Of a stretch of 64,000 nt of DNA, positions 11,056 through 25,425 are shown piece by piece (within the stretch, counting starts at the first letter, position 1; each line of letters begins with the position of its first letter). The DNA lies in assembly GCA_047495785.1 (NCBI GenBank), contig JBLDXI010000015.1:4898001-4962000 (forward strand), in the 5' to 3' direction. The notes under the pieces were generated by a model that searched no databases, had not been told where the DNA came from, and worked only from the letters and a program-made list of their open reading frames with translations. Both the position numbers and the translations under genes were made by a program. The DNA is from Lepidodermella squamata. Its lineage: Eukaryota > Animalia > Gastrotricha.

Positions 11056-13435
11056 CCCTAGCGAAAAAAGTCTTCGCGTGTACATGCATCGACTATGCAC
11101 TGACGTGCATGTCGGTGGCGCTATACATCGGCTATGCATGTGAATGTATAGTGCGTGCATGTACACGCTAGAAAATCAACGCGTTTACATGCGTAGTGAG
11201 TGCACAGCGGTTGCATGTGCAACGTTGCTGCGACACATCGACAACACATCGACGTGCATAGAAGATGCATAGCGCATGTGAAGCAAATGAATGGCAATGC
11301 ATAGCGAGGGTGTAAAATACCCAGAATCGGAATCTGTATGCCTTGATCCGAGATCGATGGAAATCACTTGAGTGATCAATTATTGTAAAATTAAGAAATC
11401 CACCTTAATAAAACGTTAGCTGTAATTTTGCATTTCCAACTTTGCTGTTATTGTTTCTTCTACGCATTATATATCTTCATAAAGCAGCATTGTTTGTTCT
11501 TTCCACCCAATAAGCGCTATTTCAACCTCTCACGGTTCAACCTCCTACTTCTGCAACACCATGCTCTGAATTTGTTTTAAATTTGACCCAAACTATAGCG
11601 TTAGGGAACCATCTCATCTCATCTTTTTCATTTTCGGAAAAACTAATTGTTTAACTGTCCTCACAACGCAAGCGTTCTTTTAAACGGTTAATGCGTCTTT
11701 ATTATATTGCATTATCAATAGACAATTCTAAACCAATTCCTTTCTCAGATGATGAAGTCACGAGTATTTTGTTAATCATCCTATATTTAATTATTTTAAC
11801 TTTGCTGCTTAGCCTAGGCGAGCCTTGCTTTTGCTACCACGTCTACTGAGATTTGAAATGTGCCACGACCTGCTCGCATTTTTGGGTCGGCGGTTCGCAT
11901 TATTAGGGGTAATAAAAATAAGGCACGCGCGCAGACTGGCCACACTATGGCTAGCCATGTCGCTCGTTTTTACTTATTACGCTCGTCGTCATTCATAAAA
12001 TAACGTTCGCTAGCTAAAAAGCTGAAGGCCTAAGTTTTCGATTATTCTTATCACTTTCAATATCATGCCATGCTTGATATTGAACGACCATTAAAATGAC
12101 GCGCCTGGCTAAGCGCAACAAGTTCTGAAGTTAATTTTTAATTTGCTGCTCTTGAAAATTATGAAAGTGTATTGCAGCTAGGTCTGTGTCAAGCATTAGG
12201 CATGCAATTATTCAAATGGCCTCAAACCTATCACGCTGTCTCAGGTAAGTGGAGACTTGATACTTATTTCTGCATAACTATTGATTTGCTATCGATAGGC
12301 TGGAAGAAGAGGTAATTGGCTGGGCTGTCGATTCGCGTGGGGCGGAGGGTTCGAACCCTTAGCTGTCATCCGACGCTTATCATCTTAGAGCTTGGTAAGC
12401 ATTACGCCTTACCCTGTTGTTTTAGTATTTCCTTGCGCGTTTGGTGTATAGATTATAACTGTTTTAATTTTCGAATTATTTTCCGAGCCCCGGCTGCCCG
12501 CGGAACGAGCTATTTCGCGTTTGTGACTGGCAATACGAGATTGCCCGGCTGCGCCAAAATTTGATCGGGCATGAAAACCCTTTTCAAGATGTGTTACGCG
12601 ATGACAAGAAGACGGAGAAGAAGACAACGATGATGAAGTTGACCTAAGTTGAAGTTGAGGCGAAGGCAACAAAGATGCTGAGGATGAATGTTTTAAGTGT
12701 TCGCTATGTTAAGTAAGTACATGTAAACTTGATGGATTTTACTCAAATCTTGAGCCATTTAATATTTTATCAGGTTCTGTGGTATGGTGTTTGGATTTCG
12801 CGCGCGGTGCGGTGAAATCTTCAAAGTCAGAGTGACTCGAGTTATTTCGGTGGTGTACTTGGCCACCTGGAAATTGGTGAACAAGTCGCTCATGGTTGCG
12901 ATCAATATCCTCTATTGTGCCTTTCAAATTGTGTCGATTTTATCCTATTGTCTTATGGTTTCTGATTCTAATCTCCTCTCTGCAACCTCTTTCGCGTTGT
13001 CTTAGCCGCTTTTCTGAGTAAAGAAGTGTGAACTGGTGACTTTGACTTCTAAATTTGATAGCGAAATCTGAATATGGGTGGGTAGGGTAGGGTAGGGTAG
13101 AGTACCAGTGGTACGCCAGTGGTACCATCAGGTCGAGCGGATGCAGTAGGCCCAGTAGCCCACCAACAGCGTGTACATGCATATGAGTTGCATGTTGCTT
13201 GTGTTCACTTGTATAGCCGATGCAAGGCAGTGACTTGTGATTACTCGCACTTTCGACACATCGGCAATTGAATAACTCACAATGGCGACGCATCGGTTTC
13301 CAACGCATCGGCTACACATGCGCGCGCATCGACAACGCAACGACTATGCATGTAAACGCGCTAAGCTATACATCCACTATACATCGCCGATGCATAGCCA
13401 TCGCAAGCCAACGCGTTGTGGTTTTTTAACTAGGG
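11056..13435. mobile_element. Non-autonomous CMC/EnSpm(CACTA)-like DNA transposon
   Basis: Termini CCCTAGCGAAAAAA...TTTTTTAACTAGGG, AT dinucleotide on both flanks (2-bp TSD); subterminal arrays rich in TGCATG/CATCG/CTATACAT at ~11080-11310 and ~13170-13410; no transposase ORF recognised. Confidence 0.65.
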
Positions 13436-14181
13436 ATATCACGAATATATTGGGACCGCGCCAAACATGTGACTAATATTGTTCATTTTCACTGATATAT
13501 AAAAAAATATTTCAAAACTTTGTGGATTGTTGTTAAAATTAATATTCTATATACCAATTTGAGATTGTTTTGGCGCGCGTTAACTTTCGGCGCGTAATTT
13601 TTGCCTCCATCTCTCGCAGCAACAAAAAGCGTAAGGTGTTTCCAGCGGTAACGTTTGGCACGCTCCGATTGATATTTGACGCCAAACGTTTATCGGATGA
13701 CCCCCAATTGATTGTTGAGGTTTTCTCGACTTGAGCCATCAAAATTCATAATCTCTGAATTCAAGTTCATTACTTGGTTCTTGATTTTTCGGGCTGTTGC
13801 AGACTATTGCAGACTAGTTGTCCTCTGTGCGGCCATTGACTCTGCGTAGAGCTTTTTTATGCTTACCTATTTTACATCTGCTGTTCAGTTCATGTTTTCA
13901 ATAAATCTTAGTGGCCAAAGAAACATTAAAAACCTGGCTCCTAAACACGATTGACAACCAATTGTGTCGGTGTGAAATGTGTACCATAATTGAATCGAGA
14001 TATAACTCTGCACGATCTCATACGTTAATATTGCCTATTTATATTCGCCATAATGCGCATGACAGATTTAGAATGGAAATAATTGCAATTATACCGAAAT
14101 TATTTTGTTGAAGATGCTATATTTATGAAATCCTGTTATGCTCTTTATCGTTGTATGTTGTCGCTTTTCTGATAGATTTTA

Positions 14182-17100
14182 ATGGAAAAAGAAGTTGAAA
14201 AGGTTGATAAGGGTGAAAAACCCAGTGAGAAAGACTCCACTAAATCAGGCCAGACTGCTCATGCTGAAAGGGCTGAACTGAAAACGCCAACACCTGGAAA
14301 GCATAAGAAGGAAAATGAGGATAACGGTGAACACGAGCCATCTCTAATGCATAATTTGAACGTCCTGGCGCTCGCCGCCAGCCCCGAAATTCGCCAAATG
14401 GAGGAAGGGCGTAACAAACACGCAGCAACTGTTTCCAGCTCTTCAAGTTAGCATCGCTTGAACTTCGATTTCTTGAAATATATATGTATTCGTTTTCCCA
14501 TAGGTTCATCAGTTGATGGAGATTCCACGGTTGCACGCATTGGCAACGTTCGGAAACAATTCCAGGCTGCTTTGGAGTCAGCTACACCCGAATCTCAGGT
14601 TACACTTCACGATTATGAAATGTCAACTTGCCATGTTAACAGCTCCAAACAAGTAATTACAGTGATAATTGTTGCAATGTAACTAATTCATTATTTTTCT
14701 TTAATTTTTCAGCAGCAACGGACCACCAAGCCAGTCCGCTCAGTCAAAACTCGTAACCGAAAAACCAAATCATTAGCTGTCATTAGCAGACGGTTTGTAA
14801 TTGATCTAGTATATTTGAACCGATCTAAGTCCGACGTATAGGTTTCTAGAGAGGCTGCCGTTATACCCAAGTGTTGGCGATCCAGTGGTACTTAGCTTAA
14901 ACCATCTACCAACTGAACTCGGGGTAGAGCGACGACGAATTTACGATATTTTGAATATTCTAGAATCAGTTGAAATGGTTCGGCGATTAGGTATGTCTTG
15001 CTGAGAAACAAATATAACTTTCAATTTCTTTGCTTGACAGGTCGCAATCAGTATCAATACCTAGGATATGCTCGTTTACCTCAAGCTCTTGCCGAGTTGC
15101 GCCATCAAGGTCATTGCGAGGGGCTCCGGGAGCTCATCGAAGTGGCTGAGCGTGAGCGGCGAGATGAACTAGCCGAAAAACGAGAGCGTCGTCGCCGTGA
15201 AAACGAGGCCATTCTCGCCGCGGAAAAGAAACGACAGATTGCCGCGAAAGCCAGCGCAACACAGCGGTCTCAATTGTCGACTGCCATTGAACTGTTAGCA
15301 TCTGCCGCTGGCAAGGTCGAATGTGACGAATCAGGTGTGGAAGATGACGACGATGAGTCCAGCTCGTCTGACGAATCATCCTCGCCGTCATCGCCCGTTC
15401 CAGCTGCAGAAATGTCATCGGTCTCATCAGCATCTGACGCCAAACCCGCTGTTAGCGGTGCGGCTGGATTGGCTGCTACATCTCGTCGCTTTGCAACTGG
15501 CCCTGGTGCCTTGATTTCCTCGTCAAGTATGATCGTATCAGATCACAACAGCATAATTACTGGCAACGATGATGCTGCCAGCCTGGGAGTTATTTGCCGT
15601 CGATTTCTCATGTTGCTATTAGTTTCAGACGTAAGACTCGACCCGTTTATTTTAATCGTTCAATACTTGAAAATATCAATTTTTATATCATAGCCCCCGG
15701 TCGTCACTTTAAACACTGCAGCCCGTGTGGTTGGCTGTCAAGCGTCGGCTGCAACGATTCCGCGCCCCACAGTGATAAATGCCAACGGTCAGCCGGTTCA
15801 TTTGATCGAAAAAGAAAATAGCGGTCCATCTGCCAATATATCTTCAGCCCGATACAATGCATCGACAGTATTTAAATGTAATAAATATTTATTATTTCAA
15901 TATTTTTCATTGCCAATGTATTACTCATATTACAGCGAAACTACGGCGGCTATACGATGTGACCAATGTTTTGGCTACAGTGGGTCTCGTGAAACGTGAA
16001 GTTGACGGTGTTCCAGATAAAAACGAAGATGGCGATGACGGCCCTGGGTCTGCTCACTCTTCCCCCTCGGCGAAAGAAGCGAAAGAATCGAAAGATGACG
16101 TGAAAACCGAAGCAGTTGCTGCGGAAAAGAAAGCCGAAGCAGCTGCTTCATCCGGAGCAGAAGGAGCCAGCTCAGAAAAGGCGAACGCCGAAAAGAAATT
16201 GCGTGGGCCGGTCTTCCGTTACACCGGCCCCCCGATTGAAACTTTGCCACCCGTCAGTGCCTCCCGTCTATCAGAGCTTCCTTCGGGCACCGGTTCTGGG
16301 CACCGCCAAGGATCTCATCATGTGAAAAACAACACCAAGTGCCAAGTTATGGTGCGCAACGGCTCGGCTGTGTGCCTACCGAGTGGTGCCACCTCCACCG
16401 CCCCCTCGCTCGTCATTGTCCCCGGCGCTAAACCGCTGCGAATCGTCGCCTCGGGTGCTCAAGTCGCGTCGGCCATGGCGGGCGACGAATCCGCGCCACG
16501 CCAAATCATCGCCCCGCTTGGCCTCGCACGGGCACGGACCTTTACATCGGGGCTGATTTCGCAACAGCAGTCCAACGTTGTCATGCCTTCAACGCCTCTG
16601 TTAGCTCCGCCCCGTCTCGCCTCGTTCACCCCCGCGCAGCAGAACCCAGCCGTCAGACCGAACAGCTTACTTGGTAAACTGCTTGGCTCTCAAAACCCAC
16701 CGGCTGCCTCGCCCAACAACTCTCAGGCTCAAGGCGGTGACTCGCAATCAGAAATCGCCAACAAGCGTCCGAAGGTGGCGACGGCAAAACGCGTCGTGCT
16801 GTCATCGGAAAGCGACACGAGTTACACGGCAAAACAGTCGCGACTGGCCCATCCAGCTGGCGATTCTTGGAACGCAACAGAGCGTATCGTAGTAATCGGC
16901 CCGTCATCAAATTCGGGCGGCGATGGTCGGCCTTCGATGCCGCTTATCGTGTCTCACGCGCAGTTGTCAATGCAGAAGTCACAGCACTTGCAAAAACAGT
17001 CGAATCAACAGGTTGAGTCGAGTGGTGGCGCAGGTGAAGATGAAGTTGTTGTGGTGGTGCAGGACAAATCGACGGCAAGTGGCGCCAAAATAATAACAGT

Positions 17101-17221
17101 AACTGAGAAAGCAGGGACTGTAAGTGCGACTGCAACGGGCGACGAGTTTTTGTCGCACCACAATCATAACTCTAACACAACTGTGCCAGGCGTGAAGGAC
17201 GTTGTCGACTGGCTGTGCTGA
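14182..17221 (+). CDS. E2F7/8: Atypical E2F transcription factor (E2F7/8) with two DNA-binding domains
   Basis: After splicing: DBD1 RKTKSLAVISRRFL...LGVERRRIYDILNILESV; DBD2 SLGVICRRFLMLLL...KLRRLYDVTNVLATVGLV; several short GT-AG introns; long final exon to 17221. Confidence 0.92.
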
Positions 17222-18819
17222 TGACGCTGGCTGCAATCAACTCGATGAGTTCACAACGAGCTGCGATATTAGTTCCAGTTGCGAACTGGCACTTGTTTTG
17301 TTGTTATGTTTGTTTCTGTCTCTTTTATCATCGCTGGGGCGGCCGAAACCACCTCTTTACGATTCTGTCTCGCTCTTTTTTCTCTCCATCTCGCTACTCT
17401 CTATCTCTGCGCTAGCGGCGACTTAACGACTGATGACGAACGGATGATGATCATTTATTTGTTTACCTCTCTTATTCTACACGCATATGTATAAAGTATA
17501 AATATTATCGTAGTCGAATCATATAGCCTTTTGTAATGTCATTTGTCATTTGATACAAAGGTGTGTTATCTGAATAACATGTCGTGGGCAACTTACTCTG
17601 TAACATGAACAGCTGATCGAAGCAGAATATAGGTTTTATAAGGCACCCATTAATACCATCGTTATGTTTAACAAGACTCCAAAATTGACGCGTTTGTAAA
17701 AACACAAAATTCACCAACTTCGCCTTTCGGTTAATTCGTAAACAGTTATAGTTTTGCCTTGTTTTACGGTTTGAATCGACGAGAAACGCTGTTAACATTA
17801 CTATTCGCACTGCTGCTGCTGCTGTGAAAAGCCTTGTCAAAATTTAGCCTGGAAAGCGTTGAAATTACGGCTGATACTTTAGGCTCCGGTCATGCGTTTT
17901 CCCGAACAGTAATTTTCCCGACCATGGTAATGTTTGCGTTTTGGGTTGTTTTCTCTTTCTTTTCCGATCTATTTATTTACTTTTATCACACACTCAGATT
18001 CACTTCGCTCTACTGTATTTTGAAATCTGGTCTGGGTGCCGATATTACTGTCATCTGAATAAGCATATCTATATATAGCTCTGACCCGCTCGTCTTGACC
18101 TGATGTACATAGCACACGTTCCACGCGACCTCGCCTGGCCTGTGAAAGTTTATTATTTTACTCACTCGCTCGCCCCGGCGAGGCGCCATTTTAAGCTAGC
18201 TCTCAGTGAGAAATTGATTTTAGGACGATTCAGCGACTGACTAACGTGTGTCCTCTTCTACGTTTTTGCTATTCTGTTGCTGTTCTGTCGACACAACTGG
18301 CGAATAAAAATTCATGTTATCAAACTTGTCTCGTGTTATTCGATGTCAAAGATATGCTTCTTGTTCAGAACCACAATCAACCAAAATGAATAAGTATCCT
18401 GCAGTGGCAACGCATTTGATAAAACTTCGCACCAATGTTTGCCAGACAATGCGCTCTTCTCACGCGAAGTTTTCCGGGCTCATTAAGGTTCAATCATAAT
18501 CGCCGAATCATTAGAGCACAAGAACAGGAAGTATCGAAGTCGCCCTTGCTATTTCGATTATGAATTCGAATTTCCCAAAATTAAAACGGACACAGGCAGA
18601 ATCAAAGACGGCATGTTTGAGTCGGAAAATCGAAAGGTGTGTGCGGAAAAAATGCTCCTGTTCTCTTTAGGTCGATTTTATTTTCAGGTCATGGCTCATG
18701 AAATTCAAATTAAAAATTATTATCTCACTTTGATATGAAAGAATGGCGAGTGAAATGCATAACATAAAATTATTCTACCAGTGTCACTTATTTTGCAATA
18801 ACATCAGGTAATTCGCTTC

Positions 18820-20330
18820 GCTTGTCAGCAATCACAGGGTTCCCCCAAGGATTCTTCCAGAGGGTGCTCACACGTTTCGGTTGCTGTGAAAAGAATATTT
18901 TTATTAGTGATCAGTTGCAGGGATGATAAAAACGCTTACAATTACTGGGTACTGCGTAGTTAAGGAGTCCATTGTCATCGGAAACGACTTGATTGACCTG
19001 TATATAACACCTCCAGTAACTGTTTCAATAACGCAATTAATAGTACTCACATGCTCTCAAGGTCAGGTGTGTAAACTGACATGGCTGAAACCGGAAGAGA
19101 TATTGCATTTCTTTCAACTTCTTCAACGATTATTGGACTCTTTTTGTCCAAGTATAGCATTCGCACTTCGCGACGTTTTCGCTTGGGGTTGACATTTTGC
19201 TCAAAAAAAGGAACTGGACTGCGCGGAAGTGCTTCCGGTTTGCAGTCTTCGGGAACTAAATCTAAAACTGATAGGGAGCTTATGGTTGACCTCAGTGATT
19301 CACGGGATCTTCCGTTGGATTGGCGAGAAAGTACTGTATTATTAGCCATTCGATCCATTTCTCTGCCCAAAAAGCTGTTCGCGTCAGCGTATTGCATCAT
19401 GCGAGTCGATGTTGCAGCATTGGTCAGAGCCAACTGATGAGCTCGCCTGCTTTCCCATTTGAATCTGCTTAATACGACATGATTTTGACCCCTCCGCCTG
19501 TCGGCATTGATTTCGTCTTGAGAAGCACGCTTATAAATTAATGAAAAAACTGCTCAACATTATTTTCTGCTATACTCTCATATTTTACCTGAATAAGGGC
19601 GTCTCCTTCGATAACATCTAGCAACTTGCGAGTGGGGCCTAAAGGAATCCGGCTGCTACGTTCTGTTGGATCATCAACGTAGTTAGTCCGCCACCAATCC
19701 CATTGAGTCAACATCTTTTGACGAGTACTTGAGTCGATTTGCTATATTCAAGTTCAAATTGATCGAGAATTGATATTGCCCCACTTCTCAGTGAACATTG
19801 GACGTACCTGTTTCTTTTTTCTTGAACCGGATGACAGCTGAACCATCTTTGTGATAGCCCATGCATCTTCAGGGCGGAAATCCTCCATCCTGTTTTGGAT
19901 AAAGCCTAATGTTGCACAATAAAAAGAGGTCAAGTTGTTTCTGGTTGCCCAGAAGTTCCCAGTTAACGGCGCTGTGGACATTTTTAAGCTCCAAACCGTA
20001 CTAGCCTTCTCAAGATTTCTTCCCATCCACGAAGAGCGATATTATTACGATAAGTAGAAACCAGTCAAAGAAGAGCCAACTAGCAAATGAAAATCAAATG
20101 CCTAATGATAGGCGGTAGCGATCAAATAAGTATTATAATCTTGGGGTACGCGAGCTCGTCCACGATTTTGTTCTTCTTGCCATGCTTCACGTAATTCTCA
20201 TTTGCGAACTGGACACAGGTGTGTTGTGGCGTTCGAGGCTTGTTAGGGGAGCGCACTTCATGCCTCTGAGATAAGGTGAGGTGTAACTTCATGCAATTTG
20301 CATACAATGCCTCCTCACATCGCGATAATT
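18820..20330 (-). CDS. Uncharacterised multi-exon gene (5' part possibly disrupted)
   Basis: ORFs 19754-20026 and 19047-19433 join via GT-AG introns (~19742-19807, ~19531-19588) giving ..SRKKKQ|QIDSSTRQKMLTQWDWWRTNY..; no recognised domain; ends approximate. Confidence 0.4.
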
Positions 20331-21436
20331 CTTAGAAAAGTAGCAGCGTAATATTCCATATTTTTGTTATTCACTGTGATTAGAGGCTCGAAAACCCTTC
20401 AAAAATGTGCATCATGGTGATGATTATACGTTAGATTGCCTACAAGAGCGATCTTCGAACGAAAAGGCGTAGACGAGCTTGCCAAGTGAATCATTGCTAC
20501 AATTTTCCCACACTGTAGAAATATAGAAGATCATTTTGATTTGCGGCAGGACTAGAATAGTTTATATTTTTGCACAATATATTATCCCAGGCCGGGGCTT
20601 TTAATGCGGTGTCATGACAGTCTCTGCGTAGCTACATATGCCATTAAGAGCGAAGAGCTAGCTCAATTCTGGGAGACAGAAGTCGTTGCGGAAAATAATC
20701 GAACTGGATGAGTATCATCTAATCGCTTATCGCCCTGCGGCCCTTCTGCGGCCTACCATGCGCGCCGCCTTGCTATGGTGAAGCTGACTTGGCGCGTGTC
20801 TAGAGATTTCAACGCAAAATAGTATAAGTCAGTGTGGTCCAAACGTTGACTCCGGAGTCTTTTTGGCTCTTTCGTCTTTTTCTGGCTCCAGTGTGACTCC
20901 GAATCTAAGCCAAATGTTACTCCTAGACGAGTCAAACACTTATTAGCCAACATTTCCGGATCTGAATCCACACTACTTATTTATCCTCGTCCCAATCACT
21001 AATATATCCTCGTCTCTCGTCCAAAAATCGAAGAGATAAGCGCTCGAAGCTCGGACGAACTTTCATTGTGTGTGGTCGAGAATTAAACCCGATCAATAGA
21101 CCATAGATCACTACGTTTTATATGCAATCGACTGGACCGCGTTCAATATATCTTATTACGTATTACCTTCAGATGCATTTCAGATGGAGTAGAGGGATTT
21201 CAAACGGCTGGCCAGAGACAAGAACAACGGCGTGAACTGAACAGTAGCGTTTCCTTGGATATAAAAAAACGTTTTCTTTTTTATTTATTCTACATACTTT
21301 GTTGTTGAAGTAATATTTGCAAAAAATTAAATATATGTCAGAAATTTTGTAGTTTTGGCGGGCAATAATTGAAAGGTTCGCTGAGATTTACATTAACATT
21401 TCGCAAATATTTCAAAATTTTACCTTCTTACCTCAG

Positions 21437-23400
21437 AACGTTGTAGATGTCCCACCTGAGGAGCGTATCAAAGTGCGAGCTGGTGATTTTATCGGAATCC
21501 ACTATTACACGAATATTGGCGATGGCGTTGTGCCACTGTTCAAGTATTCCGACCTTGAGAGTCTTTCAGCAGTTTCCTCCGACGTTTCACCAGGCTTTTT
21601 GCAAAAAGTAATGATTTTGAGCGAAAACATCTCAATAGCGTGATATTTATCGTTTTCTTTCAAGATTTCCAACCACAAGGAGCTGAGTGAGGAAATTTCG
21701 CGAAATTTCTTTGTCTCATATACATCGGAGGATTCTACAGAAACTCGTCTTCCAGCCTTAGTAGCCTTCGCGCGAAGTAAGTATGTATCCCTAATCATTC
21801 GAATTGACGTGTGATTAACAATTTGCTCTTTCATAGAACTGACTGGATGTGATTCGCCTCCGCCTCCGACTCTCTTCGGCAATGACACAGTTCAGTCAGG
21901 AGTTGCATTTTATGTTTGCGCCCCTCGTTACATGTCGGCACCTGACCAATCAACAGCTACTCGTTGCACTAGTGGCTCTTGGCCTCTACCTCCTGCCTGT
22001 CTTCCAGAAACTATTTGCGAAGCGGGCTATCCAGTCCGACCTGAAAAGCCACCATTTGCTACTAGCCTCTTTAATTTATTCGCGTCGATGAAATTCACCT
22101 GTGAAGGTGTCATCAGCTCGTGGTATTATTATTCCAGGACAAAGCTGGTCCTAAAAAGTACCGAATGACGGGTTACACCGTGATTTCGATCAACAAAGCT
22201 GGTAAACAGACGTACGAAGTCCCCGATGGCCAGCAGATACATGTTTACAAAGACTTGCCTACGTTGGATTTGCCTACGAGTCGCTGGTCGGCATTCACTA
22301 TCAAAATGTTGACGAAACACCGGAGAGCGCTGTCGTCATTCCATTCGCGACGCTTAACAAGCCAGTTGATCTAGTCGATCCGAAGTTGTTGTACAACACA
22401 TTTTACGTCAAAGTTGGCCAAACTGATTTGGCGAAGAATTCTGTCGTGCGGGGTGAAGACGGTGGCAATGATAAACGGTTAGCGGTTGTTACGGCTGATG
22501 TCGATTCGTCGACCATGTACGACTGCTTGGCTGGTACAACAGCGAATATTTCAGACGCGCAGGCCGTCAGGTCACAGCTCGACTCGTCGCTTTTTATTTG
22601 TTCACAAATCTCATTCTCGGCTGCGAAATGTGGATCAAGCGTTGGGAGGTTCGTCTATTTGTTATTCGTCATCGGTCGTTATTAACTTTATCTGCGTTTT
22701 TAGTTGTTTAGCTCAGTCGATACCGGACAGTCGGTATTTTTCGACGTTTGGGCGTTTCGACGTTGGCGCGAAGTTGGCACCAATCAGTACGCGCTGGTTG
22801 GTAGCAACAAGGTGCGTCTGTTAGACCGTGGTCTACGACGTGCCGTATTCGGCGCAGATCCAAGCAAAGCCTGCAGATTTCATCGGTTTGTTGAGAAAAT
22901 AATAATAATAAGGGCCTGTTAATTTGGCGTGTTCTCAGGTATCCATTGTAGTGATGTAAATGTCGATGGTGGCATTCCCATAATTTCGAACACGTCGAAT
23001 GTCGGCGGCTTCTATCTTTACGACTATGTGGCGAAGAAAATTAACGAAAATGGCATTCAAACCGAGATTAAAGCCTTCTTTTACTTGACTGTTGGCGCGA
23101 CGGAGCAACGGGGTAAAGGACTGCCCACAGTAATCGCCTACGGCAGAGGTAATATTATTAATTTCCGTTTTGAAAATGCTTCTACGTTTTTTTCTATTGC
23201 AGCTGAAAAAGAAAACTCCGCTTTCGAAGACGAGTTCAGGGCGTACTGGAGTGAGTTGTGACTTTGGAAAGATTTACTATCCTTTTTTAATGATTTTTAG
23301 AATTTTCAGAGTTGTGATGAGCTGTCTTCGCAGTCGACTCTTCCTTCTCGGTTCATCTGCTATCAAATACCGCGTCTATTCGAATGTTTTTACCGCTACG
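21437..23400 (+). pseudogene. Degenerate extracellular protein gene with a Sushi/CCP domain and repeated beta-rich modules
   Basis: Spliced reading gives NVVDVPPEERIKVRAGDFIGIHY, then CDSPPP..YVCAPRY..RCTSGSWPLPPAC (CCP C-C-W-C pattern), FTCEGVISSWYYYS and VFFDVWAFRRWREVGTNQYALVGSN; frameshifts near 22135 and downstream. Confidence 0.55.
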
Positions 23401-23469
23401 GAAATCATATGATGTTCAATCTTTATCACCGCAAAATAATTTTGTGAACTTTTTTACTCTGCCGACTCG

Positions 23470-25425
23470 GAGGAAATCTCTAATTGTACAACCAAAATCT
23501 CCATGTCATACAACTAAAAATCTCCGGTTCGTACAACCTAATATTTATTGGTGAAATATCTTCCAACCGTACAACTTTTAATTATTACCATATGTTTTGT
23601 CTTCGTTCGTACAACGTGCATCTCCCACTTGTACAACTGGCCACAAGGGGGTCAAAACAACAAATCGCTTCATTATACCGATTTTCGAAAATAAATGATT
23701 TTTCTTTCCATTGCATGCATTGGTTCTAATGATGGGCAGTACTCTAGCGTTGACTCCTAGCAAATTTATTGGAGCCCACGCTTTAGAGCAGCTGGACGAC
23801 GACAGCTCGTCAGTGTCGTCGTACACAGATGACGATGACGATGATGATGCTGATGTTGGTAATGGTAATGGTAATTCGGGCGGAGAAGACCCGGAAACCG
23901 ATGATGACCTGCCAGCCGACGATGAAGACATTCCCGAACAGCCGCAGGACTCGGCCGCTTCAAATAACAAGGACTTTTTTTTATACTTTTTTATACAGCT
24001 GAGCTTTCCAACTTTTCCTTACAGCTGAGCTTTCCAACTTTTCCTAAAAACGGATGAATGGCTCATAAATAAATAAATAAATAAATATACCTATTGGACG
24101 TTGCCCCGTTGCTCAATAAAAGAGGCCAAAGATGCTGTTAAACGCGAGGACGAAGATTTGTGGATTAGAACTACCAAGCCAAGCACGCGGTGTAACCTAC
24201 TACTGGTTTTGTCGGAAGAATCGAGACAAAAAATATCATTCTTGTCCAGCACTTGCTGTTTTGCGTTTTAATTCAGGCGGAACCAATGAATTTCTCGGTA
24301 GCCTTAACCATAACCACGTTTTAAAAGACGCCAACAAGCCGTCGTTTTCTTCCGAGATGAAGGCAGCGGTGCGTGACATGGTTCAAACGCGGACCTCTCC
24401 AAAAGATATAGCGAAGAAATTATTGGAGAAAGGCTTCGGAAAGTTCACGAAGCGGCAAATCACTCAGTTGAAGCAACGTTTGAAGCGTCAAATGGCAGCA
24501 GAAGGTGTTATGCCCGGCGGTGGTCACAGCTTCGGGACCCGCGAGTTGGAAGACTGGTGATTGAAGCACACAACGAAACCAACCCACGTGCATCAACCCT
24601 TCGTTTTGGACTATACAATCGAAAATTCCATCCCGGCGCGATTCAGCTTCTTCGTGACAAATCGCATGCTCTTGTCAAAACTGGACAGAGTCGACTGTCT
24701 ACAGGTAATAATTCGCTAATATGTCGTAATTTTTTGAAAATTATTGCTGTGTTTAAGGTGGGCGCGGCTCATAAAATGATCATTGGAAATCACAAGGTTT
24801 TCGTGGCTGGTGGCACAGATGCTAATCGCGTGTTTCACCCGATATTAATCGGTAAGAAAATCTTCGTCTCGTACAACTTGTTAACAAATTGTTAACAAAA
24901 TGTCTTCTACCCGTACAACAGGCGTCGGTTCGCACGAAAATGAGGCAGCTGTTTCGCTCGCTGCGCAAGTGGAGGCCGAACCACACGCCTAAGGCGGTCA
25001 TGGCTGATGGCGCGGCATATATCACGGCGGCTATCGAGGCCGTTCGGCAAGAAGATGTCCAAGTTGTTTTGGATGCCCGATGAATCTTCGACCAGTCAGC
25101 TCACAACCAGCCACGATCAGCCTACGGTCAGTGAAGTCGTTCAGCCGAAGAGACGTGGTCGCAAGCCTGGCAGTCGTAACCGCAATCCACGCTGCCGCGG
25201 CAACCGTGGCAGTCGTGGCAGCCGTGGAGGGCGGCGGGGTCGCCGCGGTACCAGTGAGGAATAATGAATAGTTGTACGAATGGAAGACTTTTAATGAGAT
25301 GAATAAACAAATAAATAAAGTTGTACGATCGGAAGATGTAAATTTTAATATATTTAGTTGTATGTCCGAAAGATATTTCAGTTGTACGGAAAACGATTTG
25401 GGTTGTATGAAAAAAGATACTATAT
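23470..25425 (+). mobile_element. Decayed Mutator-like (MULE) transposon
   Basis: Degenerate ~110-bp TIRs built of TACAAC / GTTGTA units; ORF pieces YYWFCRK..CPA..HNH (WRKY/FLYWCH-type finger), KVFVAGGTDANRVFHPILIG and VMADGAAYITAAI (MULE DDE core), broken by frameshifts and deletion. Internal 26-bp tandem duplication 23994-24045. Confidence 0.8.

Noticed and set aside
11080-11310. Quasi-periodic TGCATG/CATCG repeats as a CRISPR-like array or satellite
   Set aside because: No fixed repeat-spacer period; mirrored at 13170-13410, so explained as transposon subterminal repeats; eukaryotic context.
23711-24028. Acidic 105-aa ORF as a host gene
   Set aside because: Lies inside the MULE TIRs; probably the 5' part of the decayed transposase gene.
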